From Promethearchaeota archaeon (lineage in GTDB: Archaea > Asgardarchaeota > Lokiarchaeia > Sigyniarchaeales > SOKP01), in NCBI GenBank assembly GCA_019058365.1, contig JAHPZE010000018.1:1-64000 (forward strand): DNA of 64,000 nucleotides, read 5' to 3'. The translations under genes and the position numbers were made by a program. This document shows, piece by piece, positions 30,495 to 40,004 of this stretch (the first letter of the stretch is position 1; the number at the start of each line of letters is the position of its first letter). The notes below the pieces were generated by a model. It was not told where the DNA came from and did not search any database. It was given only the letters and a program-made list of their open reading frames with translations.

Positions 30495-30776
30495 ATGAAA
30501 CAATTAACAGAACGCGAAATCCAGTGGTTAGAAGCGTTTGTCAAAAATCATGAATTTTTCGCTTCCTTCCTGCTCCATCACAAATTAAAACATTGTTTAT
30601 CTAATAATCAATATTATTGACTGCATCTTTATATCAATCAAGCAGAGGAGAATGGTGATACTCTACTAACTATTGAGGAAATAACATTTCTGGAAAAAGA
30701 ATCTGAAAACAATGAAAATGTGCAAGAATTACTGGAAATTTATAAAGATAAAGGATATCTGGAAAAGTTGGAATAA
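30495..30776 (+). pseudogene. Decayed copy of the 5' ~94 codons of the LRR gene 23953-25002
   Basis: MKQLTEREIQWLEAFVKNHEFFASFLLHHKLKHCLSNNQYY*LHLYINQAEENGDTLL...KGYLEKLE*; TGG->TGA at 30618; upstream ~25 bp also similar. Confidence 0.88.
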
Positions 30777-30865
30777 TTCCTAATCTAAAAAAATATTAAA
30801 TATTTAAATAAAAATCAAATTTAAATTAAATAATTTCAGTTGAATCCAAATTTAAGCCTAAATTT

Positions 30866-31315
30866 ATGAAAAAAAAAATAAAGGTCTGGAGATGTCCTAA
30901 TTGCATGAAAAAGTCAATAATAATTCAAATTAATAATGCTACTTTAGCAGCAAAAATATCATGTGGTTCATGTGACCTATATGTCGAGATGAAAGCAAAA
31001 AAAATTTACGACCCTATTGATGTTTATGGTGATTTTATTGATGAGTACTATGAAAATCCATTAAAACATTCTATGAAGAAAAATAATCTTTCAGATTCAA
31101 AATCAATCATAGTACATATTACTACCCAAAGCATCATTAAATCCTTATTATTGAATTGGAAGAATTTAACTGAAATCAAAGAAGACTTAAATATAGAAAG
31201 TGATCTGGATTTTAGGTACCTAAAGCTCAAGTTAAAAGAACTAGAGAGAAAATTTAAATTGGAAGTTAAACGAATTGGTACAGAAAAATATTGGAGAACT
31301 GTAAAAAAAAAATAA
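30866..31315 (+). CDS. Elf1-like Zn-ribbon fused to a C-terminal wHTH-like domain
   Basis: WRCPNCMKKSI...AKISCGSCDL...DPIDVYGDFIDEYY matches Elf1; then LTEIKEDLNI...LK.KLKELER...EVKRIG..KYWR. Confidence 0.7.
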   Translation: MKKKIKVWRCPNCMKKSIIIQINNATLAAKISCGSCDLYVEMKAKKIYDPIDVYGDFIDEYYENPLKHSMKKNNLSDSKSIIVHITTQSIIKSLLLNWKNLTEIKEDLNIESDLDFRYLKLKLKELERKFKLEVKRIGTEKYWRTVKKK

Positions 31316-31544
31316 TATTTTATTATTAGTTAAATTTATATATTAGCTTTTTCATATTAATAGTGGCAAAAATTGTTTAATCCAGTAATAAAATTAAACC
31401 CACCTATTGGTTGTTTTATAGCTATATCATAGAAGCCAATGATTAAGTCCTTTAGAAGATTAGAATTGTTTTGATAAGAATTGGATAGAATTGTAAAAAA
31501 ATTAAAATTTAAAGGATATAATAATAAATTGGTGGAAATTTAAG

Positions 31545-32786
31545 ATGAAATATGCTATAGACCTAAATTTAGGTGAATGGGTAACAGTTGATGAATTACT
31601 TGAATATTTCCCAATTGCTTTAAAATATCATAAGTTTACTTGCCCAAAATGTGGTAAACGCGTATCTCCTGTTAAAGCAGTAATTAGAAAAATGCATTTT
31701 AAACATTTAGATGGATCCCCTAATTGCCCCGACTATTTTGGAGGAGGTATATATGATGCAGGAGGCATTTCAAGCGTTAATGTTAGTGGGCTTGCGCGTC
31801 GCAATCCCAATGAAATTTTTGAATTTGTAGGATTTGAGAAATTTTACATTGATGATTATCATTTTTCTGAAGATCTAGAAATAAACACAATTGATGAAAA
31901 ATATCATCCAGATCTAAAACGCAATAAATATTATCTTTGGTTAAAACTTTTAGATGAACTAGAGAGTAAAAACTTTGATATTAATGAATTAGTTCACAGT
32001 ATAGTTTTATTTTCAGAAATTGGTTATCCAGTATTATTTGTTCTTAATCCAAACCTTACACCTTATGGAATGGGGGCGGAAAATCCAATTATTAATACTC
32101 TAGTTAATGGTGTAGGTGTTGTATTCGAAATGCCTCTTTTTACATCTGTTTCACGATTAATTAAAATATGGATCTTGGATTCAGCAGGAGAAGTTATATG
32201 TCCCGGTAAAATCGCTTTTGATTATTTAATAAAGAAGACTAAATTCTCATATAAAGTATTAAAAACCATAATGAAAGATCTGTGTGGGTTTTTTAAAGAA
32301 GACAGTTTTGAATATAGTCAACCAAGATATACTTATACTAATGAGGACTTAATGTTAGAAGTTAAGTGTAGCTGTGGTCAAACTCACTTAATTTATGCCG
32401 TTTGTAATGTTAATTATGAAGTTAAACTCTATTTTATGAAAGGACCTAAGACTTTCACTTACGTTAGTCACATGTATAAATTCAAATGTGATAGATGTGG
32501 AAGGGATTTCTATACTTTTGAAGAACTGAAAGAAGCTTGGACTGAAAAATATATTATTAAACAGAAGGAAAAGCAAAAATCTGAGTTGCAAGAGATCTTA
32601 GACGAACCCCTTGTTGAAGACACTACAGACATATCAATTCTAGATAGAATGGTTAAGATACGATTAGGGGAATACATGGGAGAAATTGGAACCGTAATCA
32701 TGAAAGAGGACGGAGATATTCAAGTAAGATTAGATGAATCAAAAGAAATTATTGAAATAAAAGAAAAATTTGTTATTTATATATGA
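31545..32786 (+). CDS. Multi-domain protein: CoiA-N-like Zn finger, central Cys motifs, C-terminal KOW-like motif
   Basis: FTCPKCG......HFKH....CPDY; CSC...CDRC; DRMVKIRLGEYMGEIGTV. Confidence 0.6.
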   Translation: MKYAIDLNLGEWVTVDELLEYFPIALKYHKFTCPKCGKRVSPVKAVIRKMHFKHLDGSPNCPDYFGGGIYDAGGISSVNVSGLARRNPNEIFEFVGFEKFYIDDYHFSEDLEINTIDEKYHPDLKRNKYYLWLKLLDELESKNFDINELVHSIVLFSEIGYPVLFVLNPNLTPYGMGAENPIINTLVNGVGVVFEMPLFTSVSRLIKIWILDSAGEVICPGKIAFDYLIKKTKFSYKVLKTIMKDLCGFFKEDSFEYSQPRYTYTNEDLMLEVKCSCGQTHLIYAVCNVNYEVKLYFMKGPKTFTYVSHMYKFKCDRCGRDFYTFEELKEAWTEKYIIKQKEKQKSELQEILDEPLVEDTTDISILDRMVKIRLGEYMGEIGTVIMKEDGDIQVRLDESKEIIEIKEKFVIYI

Positions 32787-32817
32787 AAGAAGAAAAAAAA
32801 TCTAAAGGTAAAATAAT

Positions 32818-35800
32818 ATGGTAATAAGAAAAAACCGAGAATTGATCATTTCTGATTTAGTAGGGACAATGTTAGGACCCAAATATGGATTAACTGAAGT
32901 ATACCATGCAACCATGAATCCCTGGAAAGTTTATCTTACGGGAGTCCTTGCTCCTAATAATGCTGAACCAGACGAAGATGCAGAAAATGAAGATATAGAA
33001 ACAACTATATCTGAGGATAATGATGTTGATGTTTCCCAAATAAGTGATCCAGAAGAATTTACTCCTAGCTTAAGCAGCTCATCTCAACCACAATCCTTTG
33101 GTATTTCATTTATCGCAAGTTCACCAGAAGATTGTGCTATGCTAGATTGTTGTTTTACTTGGGCGCGTTATTTATGGCATCCAGATTGGAGTCGAATTCA
33201 AAAAGAGTATGAAGATAATAAATTAGTGGGTTGGTATGATGAGGACTTTATAAACGAAATTACTAAAAGAGTTCAAGAGGAAGGAGTAAAGAAAAAAGGA
33301 GCAAATGATGAACAGGATGAAGGTGCAAAAGAAGATAATTATGTTGTAGATGAAGAAAAAAAAAAGGGTGGCTCTTTTCTCGTTGAAGATGATTCTGAAG
33401 AACCAGATCTGACCCCTACCATATTTGGTGGATGGAAAAGGGATCCTCGTTACTTAATACTAAAAGGTTTGAAAGTTTGCCCTGATTCTGATAAAATCTT
33501 CATAGATCAATCTACCCTAAAAAATAGTGAAATAATCCAAGAGTTAGATTATACGTTTCCTGAAGAAGATGAGGCATTTCGAATATACATTCGCATAAGA
33601 AAGTTGAGTAATATTACACAAACCAAACTTAATTACTTTCATATCTCTTTATATTTCGTTAATGATGCTGAAAGAATATACATAACGGATTTACCTGAGG
33701 CAGAACAAAAAGTAAGTTTGGGAAAACCTACTGAAGCATATATCTTTCAACCACAGATAAGAATAAAATGTAGAGGTGATACCCAGATTACTTCAGAAGA
33801 ACTACATTCTGCTAAAGAAATTTATTTTGAGAAAGAGGAAGAGATGGATCTTGAGAATGAGAAAGATGAGTTAGAGACATACCTTAAGGGTATAGATTGT
33901 ATATCAAATGAAAAGCCTCCAGAAGATAAAATTCTAAATTTAATTTATATGAAAAAACGGGAAAAAGCTAAAGGACATATGTGCTCTGCAATATGGGACG
34001 AAATTGACCCAGAACGCCCATATGAAAATACAGATGCCATTAGGTCACCACCTTTTTATTGGACAGATGGAGAACTGTTAAAAGATGCTGATCGGAACTA
34101 TTTTTATCTGTCTGATATCAGAACGGAATTTGTACCAATAATCTCTGTTAGTGCTCCCGATTTTAATTGGCGAAGCAAAATTGCTTATTCTAATGGTAAA
34201 ATTATCCAGAGTCCATTAACAGGAAATATGCGTGATGAAACCTTTTTAGATCCACTATTTATTGCTGAAAAATGTTGGGATAGAGAGGTACTAAAGGTTA
34301 CATTTCATGAACTAATTGAGGAATATGAGAATTGGATGAGAGTACAGAGCCAAATAATTTTAAATTCATATGTGTATAAGAGTAATCCCAACATTGCAAG
34401 GATTGCCAAATATAATCTTAGAAACCACTTAAAAATATTTAAAAGAATAAAAAGAGGCTTACAAGTTCTTGATTCAAATCCAGAAGCACGAATCTGCTTT
34501 TGTTATGCGAATAAAGTTATTCAATTACAAAATTACTGGGTTGAGAAAAGAAAGCCCAATCCAATGAAATTCTACTGGAGGCCATTTCAAATTGCCTTCT
34601 TATTGTTATCTATCTCTGGTATAATTAATAAGGATGATGTAGATAGGGATTATATTGATCTCATATGGTTCCCTACAGGAGGGGGGAAAACTGAAGCATA
34701 TTTATTGACAGCAGCATTCACATTAGCATATCGACGTCGCATTGCCTATAAAGATTCGGAAAAATTACCTTTCATCGAGAATGGGACTTATTTAATTTCA
34801 AGATACACATTAAGGTTATTAACAATTCAACAATTTCGAAGGGCAAATCTAATGGTCCTCGCAGCAGATTGTTTAAGAGTAAAGAATTTACCCCAGAAGA
34901 TTGGTAATTCTATTGTTGGATGGATACCAGAGGACTTTGGGGTTAATGATAATCCAGAAGTAAAAAAGCAGTTCGGTTATCTATGGGAGAGTTATAACTG
35001 GATATGGGGGACTCATCGTTTTAGTGTAGGACTATGGGTAGGAAGTGGAATGACACCCAATAGGCTTGAACGATCATGGGCGTTCGGTAGACCTTATTAT
35101 GGCGCTCTAGATGCTCTTAAAGTAAAAATTGATTTAACAAAAGAAACGGAAGAAAAAGCAAGAGCTAATGAAAAGGTAGATGAAGATGATGTAGATCAAG
35201 ATGCTCCCCCTATATCTGATTTTGATGAACAACCACAGGATATAGAAGACAGTAGGACTATAAATAGAAATATCCGTAATGTGGTTAAAGAGATTGGCGA
35301 CCCTGCGCAGATAGTTAACTGTCCTGTCTGCGATGCCGTTTTATCTCTCCCAAAATCGAGGGAACAATACCTTTCCACTGAAATTAATAATTTTTTTCTA
35401 CTTATGAAGGTAAAAGATACAACAATTATTCCAGATGGTAATACTTTAAGAACTAAGCTTGAATTAGTAATAAACAGTTCTGTGAACTTATTTCCATTTA
35501 CAAACAGAATTCTTGGAATTGCTATTTGGAAATCACCCGATATTTATTCAGTAAATTTCTCATTTAAAGCTCGAGATGATAGAAGCTATGATAGCGAAAG
35601 GCTTGAAGAATGGTGGTTAAATTTATCACACCAAATCCCGATGATTGAAATTCTAAGTGTAGATATAAGAAATCCAGGATATTATTACTTACATCATAAT
35701 AATAAATGCTATGATTTTGAAATAAGATGTTGTAATCCAAAATGTGAATTAAACTTAGTTAATTGGGCAGAAGGTACAAATATACCAAATGAAGATACAT

Positions 35801-37770
35801 TTTGGACTAAAAATTCTGATCAATGGATAGAAATTGACACTAAAATAGCAAGATCGATCCCAATTTCTGCTTATACCGTAGATGAACAGATTTACCGAAG
35901 ATTACCCTCATTGGTAATAGGAACAGTTGATAAATTCGCCCAACTAGCCTTTAATGATAATGCAGGCACTATGTTTGGACATTTAGAATTATATTCTCCG
36001 AATTTTGGATTCTTTAAAGAAAATGTAGTTCCAAAAATTGGTGATGTAAGAATCAGAACATTTGATATTGGTCTATTAGATCCTCCCGAAATTATTTTGC
36101 AGGACGAATTACATCTAATTGTTGGACCATTAGGGAGTATGGTTGGTATTTATGAAACTGTTATTGATGAGCTTTGTAAGAGAATGGAGGGTGAAAGAGA
36201 ATTAAGACCAAAATATATTGCTTCAACAGCAACAATTAAAGCGGGAGAGCAACAAACTCAATGCCTATATAATCGTAAATTTTCGATATTTCCTCCTTAT
36301 GGAATCGATGAGACTGATAGTTTCTTTTTAATAAATCAAGATTTACACCCATGTAAAGAAGACGTGCCCGGTCGTCTATATATTGGCTTATGTTGTCCAG
36401 GAAAAAGCGCTCAAACTCCATTATCCCATATATGGGGGTCAATATTCCAAAAAACATTTGAACTCATGCAAAGTATTAAAGATAACCCCGATCCAACATT
36501 TACTATAGATCAAAGAAACGAACAACTCAGGCAATTAGATCCATACTGGACTATAGTGGGATATTTTAATGCTATCCGTGAATTGGCAGGAGTTAGGGCA
36601 GTATATCATCAGGAATTTGTCGCTTGGATGAGATTATTTTACGGTAAAACTAAATTCCGCCCATTTCATGAAAAATTAAATGAACCAATTGAATTATCAA
36701 GCAGAACGGATTCAATTATATTACCTGAATATTTTGAACGGTTAGATAAAAGTTTAAAACTATTAGATGATGGATCGGAGGGGTATAAAGTAAAGGAACC
36801 TGTAAATGGTGTTTTAACTACAAGTATGTTTGGAACAGGGGTAGATGTTGTTAGATTAGGTGTTATGGTTGTTAATGGACAACCAAAAACTACTGCAAGT
36901 TATATACAAGCAACTGGAAGGATAGGAAGGAGAATTGGAGGGATAGCTACTATCTTACTTAGAGCAGGTCGCCCCAGAGATCTAGACCATTATGAACGAT
37001 TCTCAGGGTATCACAGGGCTATTTATAAATATGTAGAACCGATTACAGTTATGCCATTTTCACTAAATTGTATGAAAATAGCATTTGGGCCGTTAGCTGT
37101 AGCCCTTTTGAGACAATCAAAGAATATAAAAAATCTCCTTATCTCAACTAGCTGGCGGGGTAAGCAAAAAGGGCATACTAATATCCTCAATCTAAGTCAA
37201 CTATCTGGTACTCCGGTTTCAACACCTGTTGAACCTATTAATTCCATGGAATTTAATCAAATTATTAAAGTCTTTGAAGACAGGCTCCAAACACAAGACA
37301 CTGATCGTAAACCAAAACAAGAACATTACGATGAGGCAAAAAATGAATTTTTTGAAAAATCTGGTAGATGGCAGGAATATGCGATTAATATTAAGGTGAA
37401 GAAAGCCTTTACTTATAGCGAAGCAACAATAGATAACCCCCCAAGTAAATCAGTTGTCCTTGGAGATCCACAACATCAAGTTGCAGCAAGTAAACCTAAA
37501 AGAGCAACCTCCACAGCCCCATTAATCCACGTAGTGTTTCAAAATTCACCCATGTCTTTACGTGGAGTTGAAAAAATGACTACTTTTGGAATCTTTGCAG
37601 ATTATAAAAAAACTAAAGAGAAAATTGAAAGAAAGACCATGAGGAAAAGTAGGGGAAATAAGAAACCCAGCAAAATGCCAGCTAAAAAAACCGAGAAAAA
37701 TCCTCCAAAATCAGGACCTGTAAGAGGAGTAAAGAGAAAACCACCAATGGGGGTTTTTAGACGTACGTGA
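32818..37770 (+). CDS. drmA: DISARM helicase DrmA-like (SF2)
   Basis: WRPFQIAF, WFPTGGGKTEAY, RYTLRLLTIQQFRRA, TVDKFAQL, QDELHLI.GPLGS, ASTATI, YFN..REL, GVDV.RLG, GQPKTTASYIQATGRIGR, RPRD..HYE.F. Confidence 0.92.
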   Translation: MVIRKNRELIISDLVGTMLGPKYGLTEVYHATMNPWKVYLTGVLAPNNAEPDEDAENEDIETTISEDNDVDVSQISDPEEFTPSLSSSSQPQSFGISFIASSPEDCAMLDCCFTWARYLWHPDWSRIQKEYEDNKLVGWYDEDFINEITKRVQEEGVKKKGANDEQDEGAKEDNYVVDEEKKKGGSFLVEDDSEEPDLTPTIFGGWKRDPRYLILKGLKVCPDSDKIFIDQSTLKNSEIIQELDYTFPEEDEAFRIYIRIRKLSNITQTKLNYFHISLYFVNDAERIYITDLPEAEQKVSLGKPTEAYIFQPQIRIKCRGDTQITSEELHSAKEIYFEKEEEMDLENEKDELETYLKGIDCISNEKPPEDKILNLIYMKKREKAKGHMCSAIWDEIDPERPYENTDAIRSPPFYWTDGELLKDADRNYFYLSDIRTEFVPIISVSAPDFNWRSKIAYSNGKIIQSPLTGNMRDETFLDPLFIAEKCWDREVLKVTFHELIEEYENWMRVQSQIILNSYVYKSNPNIARIAKYNLRNHLKIFKRIKRGLQVLDSNPEARICFCYANKVIQLQNYWVEKRKPNPMKFYWRPFQIAFLLLSISGIINKDDVDRDYIDLIWFPTGGGKTEAYLLTAAFTLAYRRRIAYKDSEKLPFIENGTYLISRYTLRLLTIQQFRRANLMVLAADCLRVKNLPQKIGNSIVGWIPEDFGVNDNPEVKKQFGYLWESYNWIWGTHRFSVGLWVGSGMTPNRLERSWAFGRPYYGALDALKVKIDLTKETEEKARANEKVDEDDVDQDAPPISDFDEQPQDIEDSRTINRNIRNVVKEIGDPAQIVNCPVCDAVLSLPKSREQYLSTEINNFFLLMKVKDTTIIPDGNTLRTKLELVINSSVNLFPFTNRILGIAIWKSPDIYSVNFSFKARDDRSYDSERLEEWWLNLSHQIPMIEILSVDIRNPGYYYLHHNNKCYDFEIRCCNPKCELNLVNWAEGTNIPNEDTFWTKNSDQWIEIDTKIARSIPISAYTVDEQIYRRLPSLVIGTVDKFAQLAFNDNAGTMFGHLELYSPNFGFFKENVVPKIGDVRIRTFDIGLLDPPEIILQDELHLIVGPLGSMVGIYETVIDELCKRMEGERELRPKYIASTATIKAGEQQTQCLYNRKFSIFPPYGIDETDSFFLINQDLHPCKEDVPGRLYIGLCCPGKSAQTPLSHIWGSIFQKTFELMQSIKDNPDPTFTIDQRNEQLRQLDPYWTIVGYFNAIRELAGVRAVYHQEFVAWMRLFYGKTKFRPFHEKLNEPIELSSRTDSIILPEYFERLDKSLKLLDDGSEGYKVKEPVNGVLTTSMFGTGVDVVRLGVMVVNGQPKTTASYIQATGRIGRRIGGIATILLRAGRPRDLDHYERFSGYHRAIYKYVEPITVMPFSLNCMKIAFGPLAVALLRQSKNIKNLLISTSWRGKQKGHTNILNLSQLSGTPVSTPVEPINSMEFNQIIKVFEDRLQTQDTDRKPKQEHYDEAKNEFFEKSGRWQEYAINIKVKKAFTYSEATIDNPPSKSVVLGDPQHQVAASKPKRATSTAPLIHVVFQNSPMSLRGVEKMTTFGIFADYKKTKEKIERKTMRKSRGNKKPSKMPAKKTEKNPPKSGPVRGVKRKPPMGVFRRT

Positions 37771-37821
37771 TGTTTATGAAAATATATATTAATAAGATAA
37801 TTAAATGAGAGGGAATATTTT

Positions 37822-39990
37822 ATGGCAAAAAGACCAAGAATTAGAAGAAGGGTGAATGAAAGAAGGGTAGTTTTACCCATGAATCCACTCCAGTTAAGAC
37901 CTTCACAATTTATTACTACTTATGGTGTAGGTGCTCTTGTTGATGGACGTCAGGGGTCATCAATTATTTTGGAGTTTGAAAAATCAGAATTATTCCCTTC
38001 AACTAAACCTGATTTGGGAACAGATGAATTTATCTGTTATGTGGTTGCATTACCAGGAGCATCCCGATTATCAAAAGTTTTAGAAAATAAAAACGCAGAG
38101 CGTAAGGAAATCGGCCTATTCAGAATGATTACAAATTCTGATTTAAATGTTGAAGACAGATTTGAAATATATAAAACACTACGTTTCCCTGAATATTCTC
38201 TATGCAATAAGCACGGGAATACACAAATTATTTACCATCGCCATTATCCCAGAGATTTTGAAAAAGGAATATTCGGGATTTGCCCTAAATGTCTAGCTGA
38301 TCCTGAAAGAAACACTCAGAATTATCAAAGTGATCAAGAGGTTATTCGCTTCATCCAAATTTGCAAAAATGGCCATTTAAATGATGTGGATTGGAATTAC
38401 GAGGTCCATAGAAAAAAAATTCAGGGAACTACGGATAGACCATGTAAATTTACTCATCTAGAATGGATCGAGGAGGGGTCTGAATTGCAATATGTAAAGA
38501 TAAAGTGTCCTCACTGTCATGAAAGTATCAATTTAAAACAACTTAAAAATAGAAAAATAAGATGTAGAAGAGGAATGCCATGGAAGGGAAAGGAGACAAC
38601 AATACAAGGAAGGTCCCGAATATCTGAAGATCATTTTCCTTGCGATGAATATGTCCAAATTATCCAGCGAAATGCCTCAAATGTCTTCATTTCTCAATTA
38701 ATCACTTCAATTTCTTTACCAAAGGAAGCCAATGCATTTTATCGCACTCTAAATTATAAAATTATTATTAATGAGATGTACAATAATTTAATAATTGACT
38801 TCTCTACGCTTTTCCACTTTTATGAAACTCATCAAGCAGAGGAAACCATTAAACAAAATCCTGGCTTTGGTGACTCTTTTGAAATTCTAAAAAAAATAAG
38901 AACAATGGGAGCACAGGAAATTAGTAAAGCTGAAGATATTATCTCTTATTTCATTAATGATGTATTGAAAGCTAGTGGTACTTTTGATGAGATGGACCTA
39001 AGAAGAGAAGAGTTTAGAGCATTTAAAACTGGAGAATCAGAAAGTAGTCTAAAAATTGACCCAAATTTAGTAATTGAAGATCCTATTGAAGTTGATTATC
39101 AATGGATGGGAACAATCCCAATTACATTTAGAGTTACCCCAATACCAAAACTAGAGGCTATTCTTGTTCAAAAAGGTTTTCAACGGATTGCCAGACCACC
39201 AAAATCTAAAGAAGAAAGACATGAAACTGATATTTCACATGCTACAACAAGGAGAACTCCCTATATTGATGTTAATGGACATCATTGGTACCTATCAGAA
39301 AAATTACAAGGGGAGGGAATATTTATTACTTTAAAAAATCCAAAAATCTTAGGTTTTTCAGACGAAAATAGTAAAAAATGGAAATATATGGAAGAATTAG
39401 TAAATCTATTCCCCCAATACTATAAAACGGAGGGTGAAGAAAATGGAGGTGGATCTGAAGATGATAAAGCTCCTCTCAATAATAAACTTACTAGCGATGA
39501 TTCTGGGGAAGTTTCTAAAGAATCAATAGAGGATGCTGCATATGCTTACTCATTTTTCGGTAGAAATTTTGAAGCTTTTGCAAATCCGTTAGGAACATGG
39601 TGGCATACTTTGGCACATCGATTAATACTCGCTCTATCACTAGATTGTGGATATTCGAGTGCAGCTCTACGAGAAAGGTTATACATCGATGGAGAAGAAG
39701 GTGGAGTGCTAATCTTCGCAACACAGGCTGGAGAGGATGGTACTCTAGGAGGACTTATTTCACAAGCTCAAGAATACAGATTTAAAGAAATTCTCGAACT
39801 TGCTCTATCCAATATTAATAACTGTTCAAATGATCCTAATTGTCTTGAAAGTAATATCGATGATAATCTATTTGGGGCCCGAGCCCCCAATGGAGCAGCA
39901 TGCTATGCATGTCTTTTTCTATCTGAGACTTCTTGTGAATTTGGTAACATTGGACTTGATAGAAAATTACTCATAAATAATCCAAGTTAA
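37822..39990 (+). CDS. drmB: DISARM DrmB-like (DUF1998)
   Basis: RPSQFITTYGVGALVD, C.NGHL.D, GEGIF, HTLAH.L, CGYSSAALRERLY, GTLGGL, CSNDPNC..NGAACYACLFLSETSCE.GN..LDR. Confidence 0.92.
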   Translation: MAKRPRIRRRVNERRVVLPMNPLQLRPSQFITTYGVGALVDGRQGSSIILEFEKSELFPSTKPDLGTDEFICYVVALPGASRLSKVLENKNAERKEIGLFRMITNSDLNVEDRFEIYKTLRFPEYSLCNKHGNTQIIYHRHYPRDFEKGIFGICPKCLADPERNTQNYQSDQEVIRFIQICKNGHLNDVDWNYEVHRKKIQGTTDRPCKFTHLEWIEEGSELQYVKIKCPHCHESINLKQLKNRKIRCRRGMPWKGKETTIQGRSRISEDHFPCDEYVQIIQRNASNVFISQLITSISLPKEANAFYRTLNYKIIINEMYNNLIIDFSTLFHFYETHQAEETIKQNPGFGDSFEILKKIRTMGAQEISKAEDIISYFINDVLKASGTFDEMDLRREEFRAFKTGESESSLKIDPNLVIEDPIEVDYQWMGTIPITFRVTPIPKLEAILVQKGFQRIARPPKSKEERHETDISHATTRRTPYIDVNGHHWYLSEKLQGEGIFITLKNPKILGFSDENSKKWKYMEELVNLFPQYYKTEGEENGGGSEDDKAPLNNKLTSDDSGEVSKESIEDAAYAYSFFGRNFEAFANPLGTWWHTLAHRLILALSLDCGYSSAALRERLYIDGEEGGVLIFATQAGEDGTLGGLISQAQEYRFKEILELALSNINNCSNDPNCLESNIDDNLFGARAPNGAACYACLFLSETSCEFGNIGLDRKLLINNPS

Positions 39991-40004
39991 ATTATAATAA
40001 TTAG

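Noticed and set aside
660-36745. Other TAACCG/CGGTTA hexamers (near 663, 1838, 15927, 21110, 29706, 36739) and weak intergenic look-alikes (near 6750, 9560)
   Set aside because: They lie inside coding sequence or lack the WTCGYRAAA arm, and are expected by chance.
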